Positions 19,070 through 28,917 of a stretch of DNA of 64,000 nucleotides are shown here, in pieces. This DNA comes from a virus (Duplodnaviria; Heunggongvirae; Uroviricota; Caudoviricetes). The position numbers and the translations under genes were made by a program. Numbering within the stretch: position 1 is the stretch's first letter; each line of letters opens with the position of its first letter. Below the pieces are notes generated by a model that had not been told where the DNA came from, searched no databases, and saw nothing but the letters and a program-made list of their open reading frames with translations. The stretch lies in the IMG/VR virus record IMGVR_UViG_3300028840_001821; one strand, given 5' to 3'.

Positions 19070-20924
19070 AAAAAGAATATTGATTGTAAGCGAGTCATCT
19101 TTTCTCGCTACTGGTTTCTCAACATACAATCAGCGGTTGCTAAAGGGGCTGTACGCGACAGGAAAGTATGAGATCGCTGAGTTCGGCAGCTATGGATATG
19201 CTAATGATCCGCGTCGTCATACCAATCCCTGGAAGCAGTACTTCTGTATGCCGACGAACGAGGAAGAGAAGCGCGTCTACATGACCCCCTCCCCGTTCCC
19301 GGAAGACAAGGGGCAGTTGATTAACCAGTTCGGCGCTTGGAAGTTTGACGAGGTAGTTCTCGACTTCCAGCCGGACTTTGTCGTCTGCAACAGGGACCAC
19401 TGGATGGACCAGTGGATTAAGCGGTCTCCGTATCGCGGCTGCTTCAAGTGGCTGTGGATGCCGACAGTAGACTCCTGCCCGCAGGACGAAGACTGGATCA
19501 AGACCTACGAGTCGTGCGACTACGTGATGAGCTATACCGATTTCGGTATCGATACTCTCGCTCGTAACAGCACGGTCCTGGGCAAGCAGCGGTCTCGTCT
19601 CCACAAGGTTCCACTTCGCACCCCGATCGACGTGGACACGTTCCGTCCTATGGGGGCGGACAAGGAAGAACTCAAGCGCGAGTGGCTACAGGTTCGCTCC
19701 AACACGCCGGTCATCGTTGGCAATCAGGTCTTCAACGACCGCATCGAAGATCGCGGCGTGATCCTCAGCACCATGCGTAATCAGGCGCGTAAGCTGTTCC
19801 CGGATCTGATCGACGCCTTTGCGCAGATGAAGAACAAATATCGTGGCAACGCCAGGGTGGATAAGGCTATCCTCTGGTTGCATACGAGCTATCCTGACAA
19901 CGCTCAGTCCTACAACTATCCCAAGCACATCGAGCGCATCTCGAAGGGCTACTACGGCGTTGAGCATACGTGCCATGACCTACATGCATTCGTGTACAAC
20001 ACGTTCATGTGTCGTGCGTGCAATCACATCTTTGTCGCTCCGGCTGTTGCGCTGGCTAACAAGCCGGTCGAGACCATCAACGGCAACAAGACGATCAGCG
20101 TGCAGTGTGCGAAGTGCGGACGCCACACCGCGTCTTGCCCGAACACTCATGGTGGTGTGAGTCGTGATATTCTCGCGCAGATCTACAACTGTGCCGACCT
20201 CTACGTCCAGCTTTCAATCGCCGAGGGTGAGGGAATCCCGCCCATCGAGGCGAAGGCTTGCGGCGTCCCGGTGCTGGCACTGGACTACTCCGCCCTAACG
20301 GAGAAGGTGCGCATCCCGAACTTCCCGTATATCAACAAGGACGAATACACCGTCCACCTGGGTGGAATGCCGATCGAGGTAGACCGTTGGTATTACGAGC
20401 CGGAGACTTCTCAGAAGCGTGCTCTACCAGATATTAATGACTGCGCTGAGAAGATGCAGGAGCTACTCTGCAACGACGAGCTACGCGAGCAGATGGGTGA
20501 AGATGCGCGTAAGTGCGTTATGGACAACTACACCGAGGGCGATATGGTAGATCGTTGGATGTTCGTCTTCGACAACATCGACGAGAAGCCGCGCTCTGAG
20601 GGTTGGGAAGCCGAGCAGAATCCGGTCAAGCCGGGTATGGACCCGCCCCCGCCGGGTATGAATGCCCCCGAGTTCATCGACTGGTGCTATCAGTATATCC
20701 TGAAGCGTGCGGTGGACGAGCAGGGTAAGCAGTTCTGGCTCGCCACTCTCCAACAGGGTAGGAACACGATCGACGGCATCTACAAGTTCTTCATTGAACA
20801 AGGGATGCAAGAGTACGAGGTTGCCAAGCGTCTGAATGAGGCTCAGAAGCGTTTCCGTGGTGAGACCGTGGAGGCTGATGAGAAGAAGAAGGACGGCGTG
20901 CAGGCAATGATCATTAAGTCGTAA
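19059..20924 (+). CDS. GT-B (GT4-like) glycosyltransferase with Zn-ribbon insertion and DUF4214-like C-terminus
   Basis: KRILIVSES N-terminus; IYNCADLYVQLSIAEGEGIPPIEAKACGVPV (E-x7-E motif); CRAC...CAKC insertion; YQYILKRAVDEQGKQFW. Confidence 0.85.
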   Translation: MERKKRILIVSESSFLATGFSTYNQRLLKGLYATGKYEIAEFGSYGYANDPRRHTNPWKQYFCMPTNEEEKRVYMTPSPFPEDKGQLINQFGAWKFDEVVLDFQPDFVVCNRDHWMDQWIKRSPYRGCFKWLWMPTVDSCPQDEDWIKTYESCDYVMSYTDFGIDTLARNSTVLGKQRSRLHKVPLRTPIDVDTFRPMGADKEELKREWLQVRSNTPVIVGNQVFNDRIEDRGVILSTMRNQARKLFPDLIDAFAQMKNKYRGNARVDKAILWLHTSYPDNAQSYNYPKHIERISKGYYGVEHTCHDLHAFVYNTFMCRACNHIFVAPAVALANKPVETINGNKTISVQCAKCGRHTASCPNTHGGVSRDILAQIYNCADLYVQLSIAEGEGIPPIEAKACGVPVLALDYSALTEKVRIPNFPYINKDEYTVHLGGMPIEVDRWYYEPETSQKRALPDINDCAEKMQELLCNDELREQMGEDARKCVMDNYTEGDMVDRWMFVFDNIDEKPRSEGWEAEQNPVKPGMDPPPPGMNAPEFIDWCYQYILKRAVDEQGKQFWLATLQQGRNTIDGIYKFFIEQGMQEYEVAKRLNEAQKRFRGETVEADEKKKDGVQAMIIKS

Positions 20925-20932
20925 GGGCTAAC

Positions 20933-21127
20933 ATGAAGTGGGTCGATGGTAATCTGATATCTGATTCAGGTCATACTTGTATATTCAAGAACCACCACGG
21001 CGGCTTTGATGTATTTCAACATAGTCTTCCTACATCTCTGCTCACCGATGAAGACAAGTTTATGAGTGCTGTGCCAGAAAGAGCCTGGAAGAAAATGTTA
21101 GAGAAAAAGGAAGAGGAAGAGAAGTGA
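20933..21127 (+). CDS. Small hypothetical protein, 64 aa
   Basis: Fills the gap between two GT genes; 4-nt overlap with the next gene. Confidence 0.5.
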   Translation: MKWVDGNLISDSGHTCIFKNHHGGFDVFQHSLPTSLLTDEDKFMSAVPERAWKKMLEKKEEEEK

Positions 21128-22254
21128 AAGTCCTATACATTAGTCCATACCTGGGCTTCTCTGGTTATTCTACAGCAGCCCGGGACTACGTTGCCGCGCT
21201 CAATAAGGTTGGCGTGGACCTCGTTCTTCGTAACGTCAAGTACGACGACGGACACGAGCATCAGCTAGAGCCGTGGGAGCGGAAGCTGTTCACGCGCTCG
21301 CCCGACAATGTTGATATCATCATCCAGCACTTAACTCCGAATGAGATGGCGGTGCGGGACGGTGACAAGCGGGCGAAGTACGTGGGTATGATTGCTACCG
21401 AGACGGACAAGATTCCCCAGGCATGGGCTGAGTCTCTCAACCGTATGGACGCGGTGGTTACGTTCTGCCCTATGAGCGCAGAGGCTATCAAGAAGGGTGG
21501 TTGCGACAAGCCCGTGTTTGTTGTGCCACATACGTTCGAGATGGAGAGGTATTCCCGCGAGGTCGAACTCATTGACGATATTGCCGGTGAGAAGCTGACC
21601 GACGACGAGAAGCCCCTCATCTTCTACAACGTCTCGCAGATCTCGAAGAAGAAGGGGATCGACAAGCTACTGCGTGCATACGCGGGTGCGTTCCAGGACG
21701 GCGAAAAGGTATTGCTTATCCTCAAGGGTTACTTTAACCAGATGACCCGCTCCAATGAGGAAGAGCAGATCATGAGTTTTGTGAATGACGTCAACGATGG
21801 CATGAGGTATCCCAAGTGTCCTCCGCTCGTAGTCATCTCACAGATCCTCAGCCGGGAGCAGGTCGATCGTATTCACGCGACGGCGGACGTCTACGTCAAC
21901 GCAAGCAACGGCGAGGGGTGGGGAATCCCGCTCTTCGAGGCGGCGGCATTCGGCAACGGCATCGTCTCTCCTCTGTGGGGTGGACCCGAGGCATACTTGA
22001 AGCGGGACGAGATTTACGAGGTTCGTCATAGTATCGAGCCCGTATACGATATGCGTCACCCGCTTCCGTATCTCTTCACCAGCCAGGAGCAATGGGCGGA
22101 GCCGTCTGTGAACTCTATGATCGAGCAGATGCGCCTTGCCTATGAAGACCACAAGGAGGGTAAGCTGCGCAAGGTGACGGGGCTGGACCGATTCGACCAC
22201 GAGCACGTGGGACCGATGTTCAAAGAGATTCTTGAATCTCTACTCAAGGAGTAA
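21124..22254 (+). CDS. GT4-like glycosyltransferase
   Basis: MKVLYISP...SGYS; KKGIDKLL; ADVYVNASNGEGWGIPLFEAAAFG. Confidence 0.88.
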   Translation: MKVLYISPYLGFSGYSTAARDYVAALNKVGVDLVLRNVKYDDGHEHQLEPWERKLFTRSPDNVDIIIQHLTPNEMAVRDGDKRAKYVGMIATETDKIPQAWAESLNRMDAVVTFCPMSAEAIKKGGCDKPVFVVPHTFEMERYSREVELIDDIAGEKLTDDEKPLIFYNVSQISKKKGIDKLLRAYAGAFQDGEKVLLILKGYFNQMTRSNEEEQIMSFVNDVNDGMRYPKCPPLVVISQILSREQVDRIHATADVYVNASNGEGWGIPLFEAAAFGNGIVSPLWGGPEAYLKRDEIYEVRHSIEPVYDMRHPLPYLFTSQEQWAEPSVNSMIEQMRLAYEDHKEGKLRKVTGLDRFDHEHVGPMFKEILESLLKE

Positions 22255-22258
22255 GTGG

Positions 22259-23239
22259 ATGAGTACTGATTCCGGCGCACAGATCTTTTGGATTGTGAAT
22301 ACAGCCAACGTGCGTGAAGAGAGACCATCCATTCTCACGATGGATGGGAACCAGCGGTATCAACTCATGATGGCAGACGGGATGCAGGCGGACTTCTTCC
22401 ATTGGGCTCCGATGATCCCGGGCTTGCAATACTACTACGATCCTCGCTATGCCAACGACCGAGCTAACATGAAGGCTCTGATGGATATCCGTGGAATCGA
22501 TCGGTATATTGACGCTGCCATCGCGCATGATAGATACCAGCATGTTGAGAGGCTACATATGGTAGCAGAGTCGCTGGGTTTCCCACTGATCTACGTCGAG
22601 CACTTCCTCCCGAAGCCCGAGTATAACATCGAGGGTTTCAAGAAGGATCTGGACGAGAAGGTAGACGTCGTTGTCTTCAAGACAGCCCAGGCACAAGAGG
22701 CATGGGGCTACACAGATGAAGACAGCGTGGTGATCCCGGAGTGGGCTCCGGCGGTGCATCGCAAGTATAAACCGAAGAGTAGTAAGTGGCTGCTGTGGTA
22801 CAATCACATCGACCTCAATCCGACCGAGCTATGGAAGGATATCCGGGACCGCAAGGATCTCCCGATCGAGGTTCGTGGCTGGAACGGCTGTCTCTATTAC
22901 GAAACCCAGGAGGTCGAGGAAGCCTCCCTACTTGAGAGGCACACGGGCTTCATCAACATCCACGAGGCAGATCCCCTGCCGCTTCTTGTGTTACAAGCAG
23001 CAGGTCGCGGTCTACCCGTGATTTCCGTTCGTAATCCTACATTGACGAAGCTATTCGACGATAACTCGATGATCTTCGTGAATGACGCAAACGAGCTAGC
23101 CGCCCGACTATCCAAGCTAACGCCTGACCAGTTGAAGAAGATCGGCTCTGCCTCCCGCAAGGTTGTGGAGCAGCACTTCAGCAGGAAGGCGTTCAAGGAG
23201 AGTTGGGAGAAGCTGATTAAGGAAAGTTCATATGAGTGA
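22259..23239 (+). CDS. Divergent GT-B/GT4-like glycosyltransferase
   Basis: GFINIHEADPLPLLVLQAAGRGLPVIS and KKIGSASRKVVEQHFS match the GT4 C-terminal pattern, but the acidic motif is degenerate. Confidence 0.6.
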   Translation: MSTDSGAQIFWIVNTANVREERPSILTMDGNQRYQLMMADGMQADFFHWAPMIPGLQYYYDPRYANDRANMKALMDIRGIDRYIDAAIAHDRYQHVERLHMVAESLGFPLIYVEHFLPKPEYNIEGFKKDLDEKVDVVVFKTAQAQEAWGYTDEDSVVIPEWAPAVHRKYKPKSSKWLLWYNHIDLNPTELWKDIRDRKDLPIEVRGWNGCLYYETQEVEEASLLERHTGFINIHEADPLPLLVLQAAGRGLPVISVRNPTLTKLFDDNSMIFVNDANELAARLSKLTPDQLKKIGSASRKVVEQHFSRKAFKESWEKLIKESSYE

Positions 23240-24326
23240 AGAAAAGGAACTCACTCCAGAAGAGCAGAAGGCTAAGGAAGAGGAGCAGAGTAAGGCTTCT
23301 TACCATATTCTGGACGAGTTAGAGATGCGCCCCAAGCTGGTGCAGTGTATTCAGGCTCATAATGAAGAACACTTGATCCAGTACACGATGGGGTCGATCT
23401 ACGACGCCGTGGATAAGATCCTTGTCATCGAGGGGGCGACGATTGCTCGTCCGAATCGCACGGAAGACGGTCACTCTGTTGACGCCACCGTGGAGAAGAT
23501 CCTTGAGTTCATCGAGCACAATGATCCCGACGATAAGGTGGAGTTGATTCAGCAGGACCGCCCATTTGTGGACCTGGAAGAGATCAAGAACACGTTCCTA
23601 CGGTTTCTCGATGAGGGCGACTGGATGATCATAAACGACGTTGATGAGTTCTACCGCCCCGAGGATATCCACCGGCTGCGTGAGTTGATCGACATCTACC
23701 CGCAAGCCCGCGAGTTCGTCCCGCTGTTCCTCCACTTCTACCGGGATATGATGCACATCAAGAAGGCGGACCCGGAGCATCAGCCTCAGCACCAGCGAAT
23801 CATTAAGTACTACAAGGGAATGCACTACCGGGCTCACCCCGTGATGTCCTATCCGAATGCGTTCTGTAGTTACTTCGATGACTCTGTGCAGCCGTATCGT
23901 TTCGTGCTGAACGATATGTATATCTGGCACCTGGGTTTCATCAAAGATCCAGAAGAGCAAAAGGCGAAGGCAAAGTTCTATGAGGAAGAGTTAGCCAAGC
24001 ACGGAGACAGGGGCGTGGAGTCTCACCTAGAGAAGACTGAGCAGTATCTCAACCATACTGAGGATTTGACTACGATCGCTCGCTATACCGGCGTCTTTCC
24101 TCAAGGGCTACACGCACTCATGCACGCGCAACTTGACGAGGATGCGCCGTATATTCTAAAGGTTATTAATGGATGGCATGATCCATTCTATCATGATAAA
24201 CAATTTGACGAGTGGGACAATACTCAGCCATACTGTTTGGCTAAGGTCCCGCAAATTTGGGTGATGACAATCACAGGACAGCGCGACGAATGGGGTAACC
24301 AGGTAGGGCAGGCTTGGAGGGAATAG
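23232..24326 (+). CDS. GT2-like (GT-A) glycosyltransferase
   Basis: CIQAHNEE...VDKILVIEG; INDVDEFY DxD-like motif; IWHLGFIK. Confidence 0.7.
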   Translation: MSEEKELTPEEQKAKEEEQSKASYHILDELEMRPKLVQCIQAHNEEHLIQYTMGSIYDAVDKILVIEGATIARPNRTEDGHSVDATVEKILEFIEHNDPDDKVELIQQDRPFVDLEEIKNTFLRFLDEGDWMIINDVDEFYRPEDIHRLRELIDIYPQAREFVPLFLHFYRDMMHIKKADPEHQPQHQRIIKYYKGMHYRAHPVMSYPNAFCSYFDDSVQPYRFVLNDMYIWHLGFIKDPEEQKAKAKFYEEELAKHGDRGVESHLEKTEQYLNHTEDLTTIARYTGVFPQGLHALMHAQLDEDAPYILKVINGWHDPFYHDKQFDEWDNTQPYCLAKVPQIWVMTITGQRDEWGNQVGQAWRE

Positions 24327-24327
24327 T

Positions 24328-24585
24328 ATGCCAACCCAAAGTGACGTTAGTAGCCTAACGGTTACTGGTTCAACCCTAACGGGGTGGACCGTAAAGATTT
24401 ATTACACCGATGCAGACGGCAACGATCAAATCGGTGAATCAAAGGACGAGAAGATCGTAGAGCAGGGTAAGTATATCCGTGGTAAGTGGGATGACGGCAA
24501 GACGGTAAACTTCACGTTTGACGTCGATGCCAATGGTAAGATTACTCACATCACCACATCTGCTTCTCCGCCATCAGGGAATTAG
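24328..24585 (+). CDS. Small hypothetical protein, 85 aa
   Basis: Tightly packed ORF, T/D/G-rich, beta-strand-like. Confidence 0.55.
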   Translation: MPTQSDVSSLTVTGSTLTGWTVKIYYTDADGNDQIGESKDEKIVEQGKYIRGKWDDGKTVNFTFDVDANGKITHITTSASPPSGN

Positions 24586-24587
24586 TC

Positions 24588-25397
24588 ATGAACAACCCGC
24601 TCGTATCCTGTTACACGGTTATTGGACGCAACGTAAAGTTGCTCGATCAATGGGTAAGGTGTGTCCGGGATCGGGCGGGCTACGACAATATGGAAATCAA
24701 CCTCGTTCTATGGGACCCGGAGCCGGACATCATCCAGTATGCTGAAGACCACGGCATCCGCTACGTGATCTATAGGGCGGCGGAACATGAGTTCAAGGGG
24801 CATCCGCATCATCACTTCGTGTTCAACCTCTACAACTGCTTCAACCTGGGATACGAAATGTCCCAGGCGACGTATGTATTCAGGTCGGGCTCGGACCAGA
24901 TCTTCAGTCGTGGCTTTATCGGCGACGCCATGAAGTTGATTCTTCCTTATGAGAATCTTGACGACGAAGGCAACTTCGAGCAGACGGCATTCTACCACCT
25001 GTATACGATGGAGTCGTGGGACGGATCTAAGGCGGCGTATGGAGCGCCATGCTCGCGTCACATCATGCCCATCGGTTGGTGGGACGATATGTATAAGCCC
25101 GATTGGGGTAAGTTCGATACGTTCTGTCAGGCGATCTCTGCCGACCGACTACTCACTAACGACGAGTATGCCCTGCCGTTCAGGCACGCAACTCGGGGCT
25201 GGATGTTCCACACGGTCGGCGCTAGCTGGATTCAGCGCCGCGATACCTACGAGCGCCTGGGTGCTCTTTGGAATCACGTGGGTCCCGGCGGCTTGACTGG
25301 CGACGTAGAGTATTTCGATCGCGGCGAGCAGCAGGGGATTCCATCTCTATTACTATCCAACTCTTTCACCCTACACAGATGTAAAGGCGAGTCATAA
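24588..25397 (+). CDS. Divergent GT-A-like protein
   Basis: LVSCYTVIGRN N-terminus; VFRSGSDQIFSR; GDVEYF; GT-cluster context. Confidence 0.5.
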   Translation: MNNPLVSCYTVIGRNVKLLDQWVRCVRDRAGYDNMEINLVLWDPEPDIIQYAEDHGIRYVIYRAAEHEFKGHPHHHFVFNLYNCFNLGYEMSQATYVFRSGSDQIFSRGFIGDAMKLILPYENLDDEGNFEQTAFYHLYTMESWDGSKAAYGAPCSRHIMPIGWWDDMYKPDWGKFDTFCQAISADRLLTNDEYALPFRHATRGWMFHTVGASWIQRRDTYERLGALWNHVGPGGLTGDVEYFDRGEQQGIPSLLLSNSFTLHRCKGES

Positions 25398-25624
25398 TGC
25401 CACAGGTGGAACAGGCGTTTCAAATAGGCGACGAGGTAGACTACATTGACCCCTCGATTCAGCAGTGGGTAGGACCGGCGAAGGTGGTTGAGATTCTATG
25501 GTCCAACCATTGCGGGTTCTTTCTATACATCATAGATAACCCTGAGTATGCCTCGGCGTGCTGTGATAAGGAACTACGACTACACGGGACAGACGAGTCT
25601 TCCGACCTAGTGGGGGAACTATGA
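25397..25624 (+). CDS. Small hypothetical protein, 75 aa
   Basis: TAATG overlap upstream and ATGA overlap downstream. Confidence 0.5.
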   Translation: MPQVEQAFQIGDEVDYIDPSIQQWVGPAKVVEILWSNHCGFFLYIIDNPEYASACCDKELRLHGTDESSDLVGEL

Positions 25625-26166
25625 GAAAACACACGGCGATCATCATGATCGGCGCAATGGGATCGGGCAAGACCACCGTCGCCAAGCTGCTGGCGCAACA
25701 ATTCGGTTTGCACTATATCAACCCGGATGATTATTGGGAGAGGGGCGAGCCCTATTCGTGGGAGCGTGCGTGCGAGAATTGGGCTCATGCGGTAGCACAG
25801 CAATACAAGTGTGTGAAGACAGGGATCTCTTACGTCTTAGACACGAGTTCGCGGGTGCAGCGCGTACGTCAAGAGGCGTGTCGGGTTGTGAAGGCGTGGT
25901 CGCACGGAAAGCCGGTAGACGACTTCCGCGTCGTAGGCTTCTTTGTTGACGCGGATCTGAACACGTGCCTGCGCCGGAACAAGCGCCGCAAGGAGTCGCA
26001 GCCGGACGATAAGGTAGTTGAATATTACGAGTTGTTGGAGTCTAATCCTCCACGACAGGTAGAAGATGGTTTTGATCTATTGATTAAGGTCTCTAATGAC
26101 GACGACGAGTCAATTGGTCTGATCAAGGATGTGATCTCGGACCTGACCGATAAGGGAGTACTATAA
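25621..26166 (+). CDS. P-loop kinase (AAA_33 / polynucleotide-kinase-like)
   Basis: MIGAMGSGKTT; YINPDD; YVLDTS; CLRRNKRR lid motif. Confidence 0.8.
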   Translation: MRKHTAIIMIGAMGSGKTTVAKLLAQQFGLHYINPDDYWERGEPYSWERACENWAHAVAQQYKCVKTGISYVLDTSSRVQRVRQEACRVVKAWSHGKPVDDFRVVGFFVDADLNTCLRRNKRRKESQPDDKVVEYYELLESNPPRQVEDGFDLLIKVSNDDDESIGLIKDVISDLTDKGVL

Positions 26167-26975
26167 TGGGTGGACGCGTAGCAGTAGTCCTTCCGTTCTA
26201 CCGCAGCGAGCGGTGGATTCATATGATGATGCGTAGCCTGATTAGCCAGGAGTACGACAACTTTCATATCTTCGCCGTGAGTGATGGCGCGGAGGGCAAT
26301 CTCCTACCCATCATGAAAGAGTGGGAGTCTCGCCATCCAGAGAAGATTACCGTCCTATGCCAAGAGAACAAGGGCACGGGTGGTGCTCTCAACACGGGGT
26401 TCGACGCCGCGTTTGAGAAGGGTGGCTTCGATTATGGCACGATGGTATCGGGTGATAATATCTACTACCCGAACTTCCTGTCGTGTCTCGTGAAGGCTCT
26501 CGACCATTCGCCCAAAAAGGTTGCGATGGTGTATGCGGACTTCCAGTATATCGACGTCAACAATCGCGTGATCGAGACGGTCATCCACGACTTCAAGCCC
26601 ACGTCGGACTTGGTAAATGGTTATGATCAGGGTCCGGCATTCATGTTCCGTATGGACGCTAAGCGTGCGGCTGGCGACTACTGGCGTCGTATCTGTGAAG
26701 ACTACGATATGGCAGTCCGGCTGGCGCGGTATGGGGACTTTGAGCTAGTGCGCCTTGTTCTCATGGGCTTCCGCTACAACCCCGGCAAGCAGCTAACCGG
26801 CTCTAATAAGGAAGAAGAGGAGAGGGCAGCGGAGCACTCGCGTCGTCTGGCGCGTCTCACCCTGTCGGGCGAGCAGGATATTACACTGGACGATATCTAT
26901 CCTGACGACGTAGATCCCTACATCCACCGCTATGACCACGAGGCGGCTGAGAAGAAGGGGTTGGATGATGTCTAA
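26166..26975 (+). CDS. GT2 glycosyltransferase (paralogue of 27371..28156)
   Basis: VAVVLPFY...AVSDGA...ENKGTGGALNTGF; VSGDN; CEDYDM. Confidence 0.85.
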   Translation: MGGRVAVVLPFYRSERWIHMMMRSLISQEYDNFHIFAVSDGAEGNLLPIMKEWESRHPEKITVLCQENKGTGGALNTGFDAAFEKGGFDYGTMVSGDNIYYPNFLSCLVKALDHSPKKVAMVYADFQYIDVNNRVIETVIHDFKPTSDLVNGYDQGPAFMFRMDAKRAAGDYWRRICEDYDMAVRLARYGDFELVRLVLMGFRYNPGKQLTGSNKEEEERAAEHSRRLARLTLSGEQDITLDDIYPDDVDPYIHRYDHEAAEKKGLDDV

Positions 26976-27381
26976 GCCTCTCGTGTGCGTAGACCTCGAC
27001 GGCACCCTAGCTCCGCAGCCGAATGACTGGAGTGATGGGCTTCGCACGTTCAATGATCCATACCCGGGCGCGAGAGAGATGCTTATGACCCTGCGCACGC
27101 GGTATACGGTGATGATCTACACGTGCCGAACTAACCAGTTCTTCACGGATCTCCACGGGCAGAGCCCGGAGTTCGCCGCTGAGTGTATCCGCGAGTGGAT
27201 GAAGAAGCACGGGCTGGAGTATGATTCCATCTTTACTGGCGGCACTGGTAAGCCCGATGCTGTGGCGTTTATTGATGACCGCAGTATCGAGTGTATGCGT
27301 GAGCTAGGCTCCGGCGTGTATGATCAAGCCCTACGCCGCCTGGGTTTTGCATGGTTCCCGGAAGAGACTGATGGCGAGTAG
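26968..27381 (+). CDS. HAD-superfamily phosphatase (small, cap-less)
   Basis: VCVDLDGTLA motif I; IYTCR; GKP...FIDDR motifs III and IV. Confidence 0.8.
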   Translation: MSKPLVCVDLDGTLAPQPNDWSDGLRTFNDPYPGAREMLMTLRTRYTVMIYTCRTNQFFTDLHGQSPEFAAECIREWMKKHGLEYDSIFTGGTGKPDAVAFIDDRSIECMRELGSGVYDQALRRLGFAWFPEETDGE

Positions 27382-28156
27382 AAGAGTTGCTTTGGCGCTG
27401 CCGTTCTATGCGAGCGTGGATTTTGCCGACGCCGCGATGAACACGCTGCTGCGCCAGGATTACGATAACTACAAGATCTTCGCCGTAAGCGATGGTGCGC
27501 GACCCGAGCTACTTAAGATTATACAGGCGTGGGAGCAAGTGTATCCAGAGAAGATTCAGATCTTCGAGCAGGAAAACATGGGAACCGGCGGCGCTCTTAA
27601 TACTGCGTTCGACGCGATCAACCGCGAGGGCGGCTATGACTACGGCACGATGGTCAGCGCCGACAACCTATATAAGCCCCGCTTTGTGTCTACATTGGTA
27701 GATGCGCTAGACCGCGAGTCTGACGATATCGTCATGGTATATGGTGACTTCATCTACGTAAACCAGCATGATGCGATGATTCATGGACCAATGGTTCACG
27801 AAGACCTGGGTAGGGAACACTTAGTAGACGAGTATAAGGTGGGACCCGCGTTCATGTTTCGTATGTGGGCGAAGAACAAGGCGGGACCATACTGGCGTCG
27901 CATCTGTGAAGACTACGCCAACGCCGTGCTCATTGGTCAGTTCGGTCAGTTCAAGGCTGTGAATGAGATGCTGATGGAGTATCGGCTTAGTCTAGGACAG
28001 CTTACCGGATCAGACCCGGTAGAGGAGCGAAGGGCGCTGGCATACTGTCAGCGATTGGCACGTAAACTCTACTTCTGTGAAGATAGTCGTCCGGAAGACG
28101 TATATCCGCCGGGTGTAGACCCGTTCATGCATCGATTTGATCACGAGGGATACTAA
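27371..28156 (+). CDS. GT2 glycosyltransferase (paralogue of 26166..26975)
   Basis: VALALPFY...AVSDGA...ENMGTGGALNTAF; VSADN; YWRRICEDY shared with the paralogue. Confidence 0.85.
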   Translation: MASRRVALALPFYASVDFADAAMNTLLRQDYDNYKIFAVSDGARPELLKIIQAWEQVYPEKIQIFEQENMGTGGALNTAFDAINREGGYDYGTMVSADNLYKPRFVSTLVDALDRESDDIVMVYGDFIYVNQHDAMIHGPMVHEDLGREHLVDEYKVGPAFMFRMWAKNKAGPYWRRICEDYANAVLIGQFGQFKAVNEMLMEYRLSLGQLTGSDPVEERRALAYCQRLARKLYFCEDSRPEDVYPPGVDPFMHRFDHEGY

Positions 28157-28917
28157 TGAAGCTGGTTGGATACGCGCAGGCTAAGAACGAACTCAGCAGG
28201 GGACACTTGCGTCGCTTTCTTGAGAACTTCAGCCGTGTCGTGGACGAGTTCGTCATCTATGACGACGGCAGCACCGACGGGTCCCAAGAGGTCTACCGCG
28301 AGTACACGCCTCACGTAATCCAGGGTCCGGGGAACGAGTGGAAGCAAGAAGCCAAGATTAGTCAGGCATGTTTGGACTATTGCCGCGACGTCCTCCAGGG
28401 CGACTGGTGCATCTGGCAGGACTGCGATGCTATCTTTGATCGCGCTGCTACAGACGAGGGTGCTATTCGTAAACTCATAGAGATCGCGGACGGTCCTCAA
28501 TACCCCATGCACGCATGGAGGTTTCACTACGTCAACACGTATCTGAGCCCGTGGTGGCAGCGTATGGACAACAGCTTCAACGACCTATGGATCATGGCGC
28601 TGTTCCGGTTGACACCGGAGCTACAGTTTGACCTGACGCCAGGGCTGCACCGGGCGAGGCACCCGGCGAACATAGGTGACTGGAGGGACCAGAACGAGAC
28701 TCAGATTATCCACATGGGATTCGCATCTCCCGAGTGGATTGAAGGCAAGTATAGACAGTATAAACCACACCAGAGCGGCTGGGCTCTCGACCGACTAATC
28801 GACACAGAGGGAATGGAACTACAGAAGTTGCCGGAGGATACTTTCCCGGCGCACTGGCAACCCGACCCCTGTGACGAGAAGCCGAGTCACAACTTCGATT
28901 ATTTAAGGGAAGAGTAA
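28156..28917 (+). CDS. GT2-like glycosyltransferase, paralogue A of a triplet
   Basis: FVIYDDGSTDGS; WQDCDAIF DxD motif; IIHMGF. Confidence 0.8.
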   Translation: MKLVGYAQAKNELSRGHLRRFLENFSRVVDEFVIYDDGSTDGSQEVYREYTPHVIQGPGNEWKQEAKISQACLDYCRDVLQGDWCIWQDCDAIFDRAATDEGAIRKLIEIADGPQYPMHAWRFHYVNTYLSPWWQRMDNSFNDLWIMALFRLTPELQFDLTPGLHRARHPANIGDWRDQNETQIIHMGFASPEWIEGKYRQYKPHQSGWALDRLIDTEGMELQKLPEDTFPAHWQPDPCDEKPSHNFDYLREE

